Notes: generated from the letters alone by a model not told the origin. A stretch of DNA of 58,702 nt from Bigelowiella natans CCMP2755 (GCA_000320545.1 ADNK01003008.1:1-58702); one strand, 5' to 3'; positions 1-14,179 are shown, numbered from the stretch's first letter. Program-made: numbers and translations.

Positions 1-326
1 AAGGAATTGCAGAATGCCTTCCCATGGAACTGTACTGCACCGGAAAGCGCTGGTGGACGCAGCTCCTCTGTGTACCTCCAGGTGCCGGGAGGTTCCGTGG
101 CAGATGTCCCTCTTCGGCTACACGTATTTGTCGCATTCCCTGAGAGGACGTGTTGATGACCTAAGATGAGATATAAAAATGATATAATTCGAGGTGACAG
201 TGTTACACAGCATATATTCGTTTCAGGGTACTAGACAATAACTATCTCTGGTAATTACTGCGGTGTTGGCACTGGCTGAATAACAGGCGCTTTCTTTCGT
301 CCCCCCCCCCCCCCCCGTCCCCCATT

Positions 327-1153
327 ATGAAAGAGAGATATTGGGGAAGACGACAGAAGAAATCCAAGGGAGAACCACCTATGATGCAGCTCCTCGCCGC
401 CGGTGCAGCTGGGGGGGTGACCACGAAAACCTGTGTCGCGCCTCTTGAGCGCATGAAGATTCTCTTTCAAGTGCAGGGGATGGAGGTGCTATCACATCAA
501 CATGCCCACCCCCCCCCCCCCGAAGATCAGTGACTTTTTTCTTACACCCAAACCACAAAGTGCTTAGCTACGTCTGTTGTTTTGCTTGCAGCCCATGATT
601 ATTATTCTCATTATTTTGTGCTGTGCTGTGTTACTCCTATTTGATGATCCAGGGTACAAGAAATCAGCCCCAGTTCAGAAGCATTCCTCATGCTGCAAGG
701 CATATCCTGCGAGGTGATAATAATAAGCACCATCATTCTTCGAATAATGTGCACGATGAGAAGCATAAGAGTGAAGTCATCCTTACCCAAATAACAAAAT
801 TGTATCGCATTTGCCCTCTCTTCTTCTCCTTCTCCTTCTTCTTCTTCTCCAGAGGAAGGTCTTTCTTCGTTCTGGAAGGGGAATGTGCCTAACTGTCAGT
901 ACACGATACTAAATGCCAACAGCTAACCCGAACATTCAAACCATGCATGCTAATGACCTTGTACTGGAGGTTCCAGGCCTGCTCTATCCGCACGAGCATT
1001 AACAACAGCAAAGTGATCATTATATGCAAACGCTGAATGTGATAATAATGGCGCACAACCATAGGCATGCGAGTCGTTCCCGTCTACGCACTCAAGTTTG
1101 GATTCAACGACACCTTCAAAGGGATTGTCAAAAAACCTGGTATAGTCTATGCT

Positions 1154-1191
<38 letters not shown>

Positions 1192-1200
1192 TTAAATATT

Positions 1201-1237
<37 letters not shown>

Positions 1238-2160
1238 TTAGTGTGTGGGCGGGCGAGCAGGGTTATTCTTTTCATCAGCCAACCATGATTTCTCATTCGG
1301 TGATAATCAATATTCTCAGGCCAAACACAGCTTAGCTTCTATCAATTGATATCCTCTGGGACAATGGCAGGGTAGTAGGAGGACGTGTTTGAAAGAGAAG
1401 AAGGAGAAGAAGACGAATAAGAAGAAAAAGAAGAAGAAGAAGAAAGGAAAATGACGGGGGGGGGGGAGGCGGGAGGGGGGAGGGGGGAAGGAATCTAGAA
1501 TTGTTTAAAAGGGTCTATACTGGGCAAATAAAAAAATCGATGAAGTTGCCCCCCTTCCACATCTCCTTATTTCCTGATTTCCTTGTACCGGTACCCCCCA
1601 CTTGCTCTCCAATCGACTCTACAACGTTCTTTATTCTATGTTAAAATCCTCAGGCTCTTCCAAGCTTGCATAACATATCCCCTAGAACTCATAAGGACGA
1701 GGTACATAGTAATACACCTTCAGGGCCCCCTCTTTCCCCCGTCGTTTTTTGTATTTACTTCCCGTTTTCTCCTTCTTGTGGTTTCTTCTTCTTTCGCCTC
1801 TTCATCTTCTTGTTGTTGTTCTTCTTCGTCAATGATACCAGGCTCACGCTCGGTCCAGCATACGGAGCTCAGTATAAGGGTGCTAGTTGCGAATACATAC
1901 ATATTCACGCGTTGTTTGTTTCTTCATATGCATAGCGACTGGATCCTGAGCCTCCCCCCCCCCCTCCTCCTTTCCTTCGATTCTTCAGGGATTATAGATT
2001 GTGTTATGCTCACGTACCGGCACGAAGGCTTAAGCGGTGACGTGACGATAGTTAAAAGAGTGTGCTTGTGAGCGTTCTCTGCCTCTCCGTATTGTGTTTC
2101 TGATGACCGACTCTTTGCTATTGCCATTTCTCGCACACGCACACGCACACTCACTCTCTT

Positions 2161-2200
<40 letters not shown>

Positions 2201-2961
2201 CTTCCATAATTTATTTACAAATATAATATTTTACAACTATACAGGATTCTACAAAGGTTTGACACCGACAATTTGGTCCGGAGCTCCTTACGTCGGCTTG
2301 CAAATGAGGTGCTCCTGCTGATGCTCAACGCACACGCACACGCACACGCACACGCACACGCACAGAAAGGCGATAGGCGCACAAGCATAGACGCCGCCGA
2401 CCGAATTGTGCTTTGTCCCTTGCTTCGAGAAGAAACGGCAAAGCTTTGCCGTCTTGAGCAGCAGCATCACTCGTTAAAAATGTGAAATATGATTGACCCT
2501 TTAATAATACCCCCCCCCCCCCATTCTCCCGTTCTTTCCCCAATTCGTTGCGTTATAGCTGCTACGAAATCTATACCCGGAACTTGGGAACCAGAATAAA
2601 GGAGAAAACAGGTGCTGCGACTAGAAAACGGCGCTTGCCCGAGCAAACTCGCTCATCTCATCTTTAAAATGTGTTGTTTTTCCTTCCTTCTAATCCTTGG
2701 AAAATCACCGTGATGATTGCAAAACATTTGGGTCGCATTGGGATGGCATTGAATTGCGTTATACGACAGGAAGCAGCACCCTCTCGAAGCTCATGTGCGG
2801 AGCAATCAGCGGCATCACGGCGCAGACACTAACGTACTACTGCTAATACTATGCACTCGTGTATATAATATATATCTGTGCCCTGCGTGTGTGTTTTGTA
2901 TTTGCGTCTGCAATTAGCTTATTATTGCATTGTTTCCTCGTTAGTAGCAGTAGTAGTTGTC

Positions 2962-2994
<33 letters not shown>

Positions 2995-3166
2995 TTGGTA
3001 TGTAGTATTGGTATGTATTGTGTGATATACATTTTCAGCGTTGAGCTTTCTATTCATTCTCCCCCCCCCCTCCCCCCCTTTATTTAACAGATACCCGGGA
3101 GATACGATAAGAAGGCGTATGCAAACCGATGGAATGTGCGGTCGGTCGCAGATATACAAAAGGTGA

Positions 3167-3212
<46 letters not shown>

Positions 3213-3854
3213 TTCTCTCTCTCTCTCCCTCCCTCTCTCTGTATGTGTGTGTGTGTGTGTCTGTCTGTGTGTGTGTATTGACACATGCAGGCGTTGCGCC
3301 TTTATAGTATCGATGATAATATACTATCATCCTTCCTTTCTTTCCTTAGCCTCATTCTTATCAATGTCATCATCATCATCATCATCATCATCGTCGTCAC
3401 CATCATCATCACGTACCGATCTTGTCGTTCATCCCCCCCCCCCTTTCCTCTCAGCATGATGGACTGCTACCACCAGATTGTTGCTAAGGAGGGGGTGAGT
3501 AGTCGCCCACCCTAGAGTAGCAATATTACTTGTCGCATCATTATTACTATTTTTTGTTGGTAGTAGTAGAAGTAGTGGTATAATCTATAGTAGTAGTTGG
3601 AAGAAGAAGAAGAATAAGAAGAAGCACACGAAAAATCAAACGCCTGGAGATCGGACCCGCCTAAATATAGAGTTTAAAAGCCCCATAGGTAGAATCGAAG
3701 CCCCGCAAATGAAAAAAATAAACTTTTCGACTTGTCACATGCCAAACAACTCACCATCGGTTGAATGCTGGTAGCACCTCGCGCTATTCCGGGGATGGGG
3801 GACTAACACGATTCGAGCAATCCCCGGTAAGTGATACAAAGAAGAGAGAAGCAA

Positions 3855-3923
<69 letters not shown>

Positions 3924-3983
3924 ATAGGAGCTGGGATTCAATTCCTAGCGTATGATACTTTCAAGGCCCTCTTCGTTGGTTAA
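327..3983 (+). CDS. Mitochondrial carrier family (SLC25) protein, about 16 exons, resembling CoA/adenine-nucleotide carriers
   Basis: Joining GT-AG exons gives three carrier repeats with PX[DE]XX[KR] signatures: VAPLERMKILFQ, TYPLELIRTRL and TYPGDTIRRRMQ. Also EEGLSSFWKGN, GFYKGLTPTI and LFRGWGTNTIRAIPGAGIQFLAYDTFK. Stop TAA at 3981-3983. Confidence 0.93.
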
Positions 3984-4186
3984 GGACCGGAGGGTGGAGG
4001 GGAGGGCGGGGGCATGATGCACGCGCCATCCATACAGCCTCTCCTTTGTGCAAAGAGACGTCACAGTCTCCTCCCCAACGTCGGATTTTAAATTTATATC
4101 CTGCTCCTTCCATTTGGTGATTTATCCCTACCCTCTTCCTACATCGAAATAATATACACGTGTATGTAAAAAATATTAATATTTAC

Positions 4187-4222
<36 letters not shown>

Positions 4223-4631
4223 TTACAGAGCACCTCGCTAGGGACTGTTGCTTCTTTTCTCCCACATTATTGTATTCCTTGTGTATATATGCCAAGCGAG
4301 AAGATCAAACCCAACAAAATGAGAGTAGAGGGGTGGGATTTTAAACAAAAATTAGCGATGAATAGTGATAAACCGTTATAATATTTAATATTTACATGAA
4401 TACGATATATCAATACTTGCCATAGAGTCTTTAGTTAAGCAGCAAGCAGCATTTCAAATGTCCATCATTTTCAGTTATTATCATCATCATCAACAGCCGC
4501 AAAGGTTGCTGATACAAACGTGCTTCAGAGCTGCTTTGTGGTTTCACTGCTTTAAGACAATCCCTTTCAAAAAGGCGTTGTCTTTCCTTTTTTCCCCTGT
4601 ACATTTAACAATTTCTCACACCGCCGCGAAG

Positions 4632-5146
4632 ATGCCGCCACGTTTTCTTCGCTACCCATTGCACTGGGCAAAGAATAAGCATGAACGCTAGTATAGCCCT
4701 GCCCCTCCCCCTCCCCTCCCCCACCTATTTTTTCTGTAATCTATTCGCCGAACTCAAGAATAAATACACCGGGATACGCTCTCGACGAATAAAGTAGATA
4801 TCGGCATTCGAATGGGCCCAAGAAAAGGCCACCCCCATCACTCCGTCAGCAGCCCCCATCATATCCTCGTGTGATTATGAGGAGGATCCAAGTAGGCGAC
4901 ACACGATGATAACGGTTTGGGTGATGGTGTGCTCCGAAGGACATTCACGCAACGAATACCAGCATGTGTGTGCAGAGCGTTCTGGGATGATAAATATAAG
5001 TGGCACATGCCGGCTGCTGCTGCTTTCCTCCTCCTCTTCCTCCTCCTTCTGTGTTTTTCCTTTTTACGCTGCGGCGCATCCATCGTCGATACAACAGGAC
5101 AATCCTACGACTACAGCTCACTTTGTCGCGGTACCTCCTCTTGTGA
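4632..5146 (+). CDS. Possible small multi-exon hypothetical protein
   Basis: ATG followed by C-run and polypyrimidine intron-like segments. A frame MPPRFLRYPLHW/ISAFEWAQEK/ATHDDNG...AFWDDKYK/TILRLQLTLSRYLLL* can be built, but only by assuming GC donors. No family recognised. Confidence 0.25.
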
Positions 5147-5499
5147 ATGTTGAATGAATTACCCACTTCCATGAGCAAGGACTTTAAAAAGAGGGGCGGA
5201 CAATTTTCGCAAGATGCGCCAAAAGTCATTTACTCTTTCTTTGAAGTTCATGAACAAATTTATTGAGCTAACAGACCAAACGCATAGAGTACGTTGTACA
5301 TGCTAGCATGTCCGCATGTGGCAGCCAGCGCCTAGTCGTAGGCTAGGGACAGCATGTGCTACAATGCAGTAGCGCTCGTCATTTTGTGATGGAAGTACAT
5401 GCATGCTATCAATTGCCACAGCTACGTGGAGATTCATGCAGCGCCGTTCTAGCGTTGTCTAATGATAGCTAGATAGTTGTGGAGCACGTGTGCGCGAAA

Positions 5500-6660
5500 A
5501 CGATCTAGCTAGTTAGCTTGCACGCGTGTACAAACAATTCATGCACGAACGCTTTGCTAGCACTAGCTAGCCCTAGAGCTAGCTGTCGATCGTGTGGTCG
5601 AAGTTTCATTCTAGCATTCTGTGCGAGTTTTACTGGCGCACCTTCTCACAGAGTTCGCATCGCCAGCCACGCACAATCAGAATTGTCGACTGTTGCAGTG
5701 TGCACACCACTAGCTAGCTAAACCATGCTAGCATGCAAGCATGCATCATGGACGCGCATGCATGCAAGGCACACACATCACATGATGAAACTGCCAACAA
5801 CACTAGAACATGCTAGCATGTCAACGACGACGCTAGGACTGCTAGACTGCTAAGTGTCACTTGTCCATCTAGCATGCTGTGGGTGTTCAGCAATCCGCAT
5901 GCAATCCAGCTCTCATTCAGACTGCAAACCCAGATGACAAATGCATCTAGCTAGCTTGGAGCTCTAGAGCTAGCTAGCTAGGCATACATGCATCGACAAA
6001 GAGACACTGGGGCAGTCTAGTCATCTAGCTAGCTAGCCACAGCGCAGTGCGTCCTTGACCGCCAGCAGGGCCAGAACTGGAGAGTGCAATTCAGCAATGA
6101 TCAGCACATCAGCACACGTAGCACATCTACTAGACATGTGTGACGCACTGCAGACTGGCGTGCACCAGTGCAATACGATACGCAACACAAGCATCAACGC
6201 AGCAATTCAGCAATCGTCCAGCAACCTCCAGATCTGGCGTCTAGCTGTGCCATGCAGCTGTGGCACTCAATTGGTGGCACTCGATCTAGCGATCACTGTC
6301 ACACGCCAATGAAGCTAGCAGTGGCTGGTCATGCTAGCACGCCGAGACCAGCACAGATTGCTGTGAACCATGGACACGGTGTGCATTTTGTGTGCCCTGC
6401 ACGCGTCCTGTCGAACACGTCTCATCACGCTTTCTTCGTTGGCAGCACCTGCGATCCTGACCCAGACTTCAACCGAATCTGGAACGTTGAGGTGGGGAGC
6501 TCCCTCTCGTCGGTTGCGATTAATCAATTCAATTAGATCTAACTGGGGGCAACATGATGGACACTTGCACACAGCAGCAGCGTCTGTTTGTTTGAACCAT
6601 GCTAGCTAGCTGGTATGGTGACCTCAGTGACGTGTGTGTGAGCATTGAGCTGGGGTTGGA
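5500..6660. other. TpA-depleted, CTAG-retaining intergenic island
   Basis: Most TA dinucleotides lie in CTAG, including tandem GCTAGCTAGCTAG. CATG, TGCA and GCATGC are abundant. No (TA)n microsatellites. Confidence 0.85.
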
Positions 6661-7201
6661 CCTGGAAAGGTGGAGAGGTCATATTGGACCAAAAATCAAG
6701 CTAGAAAGATCCTAAAATGGGCCATCCTTTTACAAAGAACAAAACCCCATTGAATTAAGCTCAATATCTCATCATCTTCCTTGTCGTATGGTATAAACCC
6801 GCTGTATTCCTTGTCCTTCGGAGAACGTGGCTTCGCCCTCCGGAATGGCGCTGTGCACGCTCTACTCGGACATACGGTTGGCTGCTTCCGAGCTGCAAAA
6901 AAATGGGCGCTGATCCAATTCATCACTTCTCTTTCTAACTAATGATAATTACAGGCGTTGACTCATTGAAAGAGGGGACGCTATTCGAATGAACCGCCCC
7001 CCACGTCGATGTAACTCGAGATTTGCGTCGTTTCTAGTCGCGTGTACCGCGGCAGTGCTCCTGCATGGAACCCTAGGGAAAACTGGTAGCAATCAAAAAT
7101 CGCATAATCAATCATCTTCACAGCTCCCGGTAATTGCTGTGCGCTTGATAGGAGGGGCGTTAGTGCTTAAAGGAAACGACAATGGCCCCCCACTGTTTCA
7201 G

Positions 7202-7856
7202 ATGGCAAGCACACGGAAGAGGGGGTCTGCGGTAGGAACCTACTACGATTTGAAGGTTCTGTGGAAAACTGCGCGCTGCTCTTCATGATAAGTACAACAG
7301 CAAAATAGTAGAAGAAGCACCGAGAATATGCCCGATTGATAGTTTGTTCTGTTGAAGCGAAGAGGGAAAATAGTGATTCATTCACCTTGCTGCTACAACC
7401 CCACTCTTCAACCGTTTAACTATACTACCACAGTTATGTGTGAAGGACACCCCAGAGACGTGGGCTGTTGTAATAGACGATAACAATGCGACAAGAAGGG
7501 CAAAGATAGCGAACAGAACTCGCGTAATGGTGCCTGAGAGGTATATAAGACGCTCGGATTCTGAAGTCGCCAGGCGTATTCTCCCTTCCCCATACGAGGT
7601 CGCTTGCTACCTTTCTTCCCCTCACCAGATAAATCCTCGAATGTAGTGTTGTCTCGCGCAGCGCTCTGCGTTGATCGGGAAGCACCTCCCCCCCCCCCCC
7701 CCCCTCCCCACCTTCCTTGATTCTGGAAACACGGTCATGTGATTGAGTCGTTGTTCGTGCTCTATCCACGCATGAAAGATTGAAAACTCATAAAACCATT
7801 AGGTGGAAGTGACGACATACGCTGGGGTTGGGGTCGCTGGTCATTACAACATATGT

Positions 7857-7898
<42 letters not shown>

Positions 7899-8880
7899 AT
7901 AAAGCACATATTTAAGTATATGAGAATATGTTGTTAAGAAAGCATCAGAAAAAGAAATGAAAGGTGTTCTAGGATGGACTGATGAACCATTTAGTTTCTT
8001 TAATTTATATGATTATTATTTATAACAAAGACGGCAATAACGCTGATAAAACAGATGTAAACTGGTTTATAAGGCATACCATAGTAAATACAGTTTTTTG
8101 GTACTTCTCAACGATCTGCTGCTTCTTCCAACACCACACACTCACAGGCTTTCAAGACGGCCCCCGCTCCTCAGCGCTTTTCGGCGACATCATCGGCATT
8201 TGCACGGGGGGGAAGGGCGATGTGTACGTGGCTGAGTGTAAAGACAACAGGATACGAAGAATATCCCCCAGCGGAGAAGTGACCACCATCGTCGGTATGC
8301 AGATAATACGAGCAATTTCTACTTTGAACACTCCAGATCTATATTGACACATTTACTCTCCCTCCCCCTTTCCCTCCCCGCCATGCCTTTCTCGGTTTCC
8401 CACGTAGGCTCGAGAGAAAAGGAAATCGAAAGCCAGACGAGGTACGGGGAGCATGCATGTATAGGTGCAAGCAAGGAAGAAGTCCCCATCCTGTATTGAT
8501 GCTTGGGCTCCCAAACGGGAGGGGGGGGAGGGGGGGTATTTAAAAAAACAAACAATTTTTAATATGACGTTATGTGCCGATGAGGCTTCTTGAGAGAGAA
8601 ATTTATACCACATTTACTACCACTCTGAGAAGAATATATTATTTATGCATTCATATGCGCTTTTGCGTCTCCTCCCTCCCCCCTCCCCCCTTAGGGAATC
8701 GACTATTCGTGAGCTCATAGGCGCAGATGAGATATGTGAAGGTAGATGCAAGTCGAAGGCAGAAGGGGGGATATACTGATATGTGTAGCAGTATGCTCAG
8801 TACACGTATGTTAGATTCTATTCTTAATCAGTACTTTGCAATTGTAGAGGGGATTTACTCATATTTATAATGAACATTAG

Positions 8881-8958
<78 letters not shown>

Positions 8959-9405
8959 GTGTGTGTGTGTGTGTTTTTGTCGATAATATATATATATATA
9001 TATATATATAAACATAAGTGTGTGTGTGTGTGTGCTAATGTATATATTTTTGTACCCTACAAATAGAAGTCAATCCAAATTACGTATTCGCATATATAGG
9101 TGCGGCGGACGACGTCGATGTGCTCCTCCCCCACGGCATGTGTTGTCGTAAGAATGGGAATCTTGAAGACGAGGTTGGAGGGATAGGAGGAGAGGGAGGG
9201 GCTGAGAGGTGGATTTGTTTACGATGTGTAAGTGTCATATTTGTGTATGAATAACAATCCCCCTCCCCCTCCCCTCTCTCCTCCATTGCCGTTTTGATTG
9301 CTCTGAGCAGATCTTCATCGCTGATTCGAGGTTTGGGAGGATTCGGAGGTATAAACCATAGTCTACATTACTACAGATGTCAATATTATATACATATATT
9401 ATAAC

Positions 9406-9441
<36 letters not shown>

Positions 9442-9638
9442 ATTTATTTATATTATTCGAATTCAGTAGATCTGTACTGGCCACCTGCCATTCAAATTGT
9501 ATTGCATTTTTGCCTCTCCGCCTCCCTCTCCTTTTCTCCTCCTGTGTGCGTGGTTCTAATGGAATATTCTGTTTGGCTAATAGAATACGCAACACCGCAA
9601 CTGGATTTGAGGTACAAGTACGCGTGTGTGTTGTCTCG

Positions 9639-9675
<37 letters not shown>

Positions 9676-9832
9676 TGTGGGTGCGTGTGGGTGTGTGTGT
9701 GTGTATTGAAAGCCCGTTTGAGCAGAAGAAACATACTGTTTTGTGTTGCGGAGATCAGGTGGACACGCTCCTGGGAAAACACGTTGATGCGAGCATTTTC
9801 GAACACGACTCCGGGTATGGGAAGTCACCAAT

Positions 9833-9867
<35 letters not shown>

Positions 9868-10585
9868 CAATGTATATATGTATTTTTTATGTGCGTGCGA
9901 GTACAAAACAACTACCAAATCGGCAAGGCATGCAATCACACCCCTCCAAGCCCACAGAGCACGCACAAACAGGCCGGGAGGCGAGGCCGGCGTCAACACT
10001 GACAGCGGCGATCTCAAGCGCTCATCACCTCTTTCATACCCAATGGATGTCGCTGCATCACCAGATGGCTCGATCTATATTGGTCGGAACGAGCACGCGC
10101 ATGTTCATCAATTCACTAATAAGCCGATTTTCATGGAAAATGACTCCGATATATGCGTATAATCTGACACAGCTACTGGCCTTTTCCGTTATAAGCTGCG
10201 ACAAATACCACGTCGGCGATTTGATTGTTGTTTGCCATCACCCCTCTCCTACCCTCCCCCCCCGCCGCACTCAGCTGACTCTGCGAATATGAGAGTTGTG
10301 AAGCTTCCTAGGTGAGGCAACCATGCGTTGCAGCGATGTGTTCATTTGAAATATGCAGTTTAATGTGAAATCGTGAGGATTCTTTTCCTTTATCAATGCC
10401 GATGTGTCAATGGCGTTATCATACAAAGACTACATTGTAAGCGAAACGATGACAGGGTTCCCCCCCCCCCCCTCGACTTTGTCTTTTCCTCAGGATTGAC
10501 ACAACGGATGCTGGAACGTATCGTATCAGCGGTCTGTTTTGTCTTATTAGACCTAGAGCACAAATACACACACACATACCAACGC

Positions 10586-10625
<40 letters not shown>

Positions 10626-10911
10626 ATACGCATATACAAAGACCCTCGAAAACACACTATATTGTCTTCGTCGCATGATCGGCAAAACCGTCGTTGTTGC
10701 GGCCTTACTTACACACTCTATGCGGTGTTTATCAAGCGGATAACCAAGGCGTGGAAGATGCTATCGTCGAGGTTGTGCCAACATGCTAATTATCCTAAGG
10801 CTGTGTGAGAAATAAGTCTTATTAGCTCATCGATTCAAGAAAGGAAATATGTGTGTAATATGTATATGTTTGTATTTGGTATATGTGAGCGTACACAAAT
10901 AATAATATGTG

Positions 10912-10953
<42 letters not shown>

Positions 10954-11017
10954 TGCGTGTGTGTGTGTATTTGGTGGTTATCGAAACGCACGCACTTACA
11001 GTTATAATATATCAATA

Positions 11018-11058
<41 letters not shown>

Positions 11059-11433
11059 CAGAGTCCTGGCAAGAAATACGCAGAGCTTAAGGATACTGAA
11101 GATCCCATCGTTGTTGCTGGGGGAAGGTAGACGATGACATTGTCTTCTTCTCCTATCTTCATCCTCATCTTCATTATCATCTTCGTCAGCATTCGTCACC
11201 ATTATGATAACTACCCCATTATCGTTTTTGTCTGTGTTTTGTCTGCGTTTTGTCTCTGTTTTTTGTACGATGGGAAAAGTGAGGGGATGTGTCGTGATGG
11301 CCATGGTATTCTCACCAACATGGATTGAAGCTGATGCTGTTTACACCATCTATCATTACGAATCGTAACAGCTTGCACTCACTAAATGGTGATGATGATG
11401 ATGATGATGATGAAGACAAACCATTTTCATTGT

Positions 11434-11477
<44 letters not shown>

Positions 11478-13862
11478 CCTATCACCCTCCCCCCCCCAGC
11501 TCCCCGTGTCCCTTCTTCTAATTCGATCTCGTGATCATACTAATCATCCCTTTCCCCCCCCCTCCAGGAACCAACGCAGTCTTCGCCTACCCGATGAGCA
11601 TAGCTGTGGACAAGCAAGGAAACGTGTGGGTGGGTAGACCTCAAGATTGTTGTCGACATAATGGCCTGCAATAGCAAGAGCCCGCAGTGCATTGTCCCCG
11701 CGCGACTTTTTGCCGTAAACGAAAGGCAGATGAAATTGGATCTTTCCCCAACCATCCTCGCACGATGATGCCTCTCCAAATCTCTCAGCAGTTGATGATT
11801 TCCTATGATATTAACGAGAAGGCCGGTTGCAATGCCCCTCTTTCATGCATCCCTCTCGGCTAGTATATTTCTTCTTATCGCTGTTTTTGCTGTGTTCTTT
11901 CAACGGATTCCCCCCACCCCAAATGCACGCATTTTCTCGGTGCATATTGCATTAAATTTCTTACAGGTATCCGACTGCGAGAGCGTGAATCCGATGACGG
12001 TGATGAAGCACGGCAAAGGTCTTATCATCAAATATTATAATAAATAGACGTTTTGAGCGCATGCGCACGCACTCTCACACGAACATAGTAGGCTACATAT
12101 ATTACATAAAAATATGTATGTGTTTATGTGTGTGTGTGTGTGTGTGTGTATTTCCTGCAACGTTACAATTTCCTCCTGAAGTTCATCCCCCTCCACCTCT
12201 CCTCCCCCCCTTATCCATAGGCCCAAGTGGAGAAGATCCAGGTAGTAGCTGCTAATCTCATTCGAACAACGAAGGATGTCAGAGAATAAAAAGAGATACT
12301 TAACAATTTCACGACGTCAATGCGGCATCCTCGCACCCCGACAAAACATAGAGATGTTCTTGTATCTTCATCATGCCTTTTAGTCAGCGGCCTTTTCTTC
12401 CCGGAGAGAGCGTTTCGGAACGCTCCGAATCAGCGCATTCGGCTCATTGTACCCAGCGGCGAAGTCACCACCGTTGCAGGTTGTTGGCACTGTTTGTCGC
12501 GTTTTTACTTGTACTCGTGCTGTGACGGTTGCGTAAGATTTAGTCGTATTTCGCGACGACTGATGCCGTGGTAGGAGCAAGGCTATTGCATTAAACAAAA
12601 TGCATCGAATCAAGCACGCACACGCACCCGCCACAACGATGATATGTGCGTAACTCACCACAAAGGCGGGGCGATCGGCGGCCATAGGGATGGGTTCTTG
12701 CCAGCCTCTCGCGTGTGCATGGTATCGAGCATGTGTACTTGGAATGCGCCGTCAAGCAAGAGGCCATGGTGGATTGAGGCCCGCAACAGGAGCATTAATA
12801 TTGGAGGTCTGGAGGCGACTGCACGGGGAGAGCCGATCTTTTTTGCAGACACCATTAATCAGTGCATTCGGCGGATCTCGAGTAAGGCGCCATCGTATTA
12901 TAGAGAATCAGGGAAAACTTGGAATATATAGGCTTTAGACACGCGAGAGACTTGCTTCAGCAGCAGTGGCGGATGCTGTTTTGTGTTGCGTGAAAGCGGG
13001 ATCTGTTGATGCCTGTTTGATGTTCATAGATGGGATATGATGAGGGTTTTGAGGTTTTTGGATGGCGTGATGATGACAACTGTTAGACAGCGATCCTACT
13101 GCTTCTTTTTGGTCGAAAACTGGTGCAATATATCTAATATGAATTGCGTTATTTTCCCCCATTGCCGGCCTTCGTTGTGTGGCTTTTGCTTACGATTCAG
13201 ACAATGAGATGAGCATTGTCGCAGGGACGTTTAAAGGCGTAGGTCTTATATTCATAGCCAAATGCACCATATATCATCTGTTGGCAAATGCATGCTCCAT
13301 GGAACCCGTTCGCAGATATTATTTGGTCTACATAGGTCGTCTTGATGGGTTGGGACATGTCGCACGATTTATGATGCCCGCAGCAATAGCGGTGCGTTTC
13401 TTATTTACGAGCAGTGCCCTTTGTGCGTTTGCGTGCGTGTATTCGAAATCGCGCATTGACATGCTGAAAAGGAAAATTGATCGGTGCATTATTGAGGAGC
13501 GCACACACACACGCACATAATGTAAAAGTGTTTCTATATAATATTAAATCTTTATCGAAAGGCGGGGCCAGATGGATGCCTTTACGTGGCGGACAACGGA
13601 AATGCTGTAATTCGAAAAATCAGGTGGGTGTTCCGCTCTTTTCCCTTGTCTTCTCGTTCTACCTTCAAACACGGCTTGTTTAGCGGCGTGCAAGGTGTTG
13701 TCAGGGCGCTGTTAGACTACTGACAAACCATTCACTGTGGTCTTCATTTGCGGTTTATTGCAAAGAGTTCTGAGCGAGAAAGAGATCCGTAAAGATCGAG
13801 GAGATGCTGGAGTTCCACATCCTCATCCCTTGAGTAGCGGTGTGTCAAAAAATTTCGGATAA
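7202..13862 (+). CDS. NHL-repeat (beta-propeller) protein, more than 20 exons
   Basis: Exons encode NHL-type repeats: GFQDGPRSSALFGDIIGI...DVYVAECKDNRIRRISPSGEVTTIVG, YPMDVAASPDGSIYIADSANMRV, FAYPMSIAVDKQGNV, FFADTINQCIRRI and GRLDGLGHVARFMMPAAIA-AGPDGCLYVADNGNAVIRKI. The start codon is uncertain. Confidence 0.85.
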
Positions 13863-14074
13863 TTTTGAGTAGTCGGGGGAGAGGCTAAAAGAAATCGAGC
13901 GAGAGAGCATACTGCATGATTATGCGCTAAGAGATAAGCATTTAGCCACAGGGTGTGTGTTTGTTTATGGTCGTTAATTATCGACGTTATTTCGTGTACC
14001 AATCCGTCTCCGTCACGTCTCTCCCACCCACCGCTCTCAATTCAGCGGAGGAACTTCTGGAACGCATACGCTTG

Positions 14075-14090
14075 GACCCCTTCGGTCAGA

Positions 14091-14128
<38 letters not shown>

Positions 14129-14141
14129 CCCTTCGGTCAAT

Positions 14142-14179
<38 letters not shown>

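Noticed and set aside
1-170. Open frames at the window start
   Set aside because: Possibly the end of an upstream gene, but the frame and identity cannot be determined.
4945-5229. LYR-like motif (IVLLYRRWMR) on the minus strand
   Set aside because: No downstream LYR-family Phe motif, and the intron polarity suggests the + strand is the coding one.
6315-6572. PSCCPQLDLIE resembling the IS630/Tc1 transposase motif PxYSPxLNPIE
   Set aside because: Single short motif with no other DDE residues or terminal inverted repeats recognisable.
9406-10292. Long ORFs containing YIYIYI, CVCVCV and HTHTHT runs
   Set aside because: Translations of intronic microsatellites inside the NHL gene.
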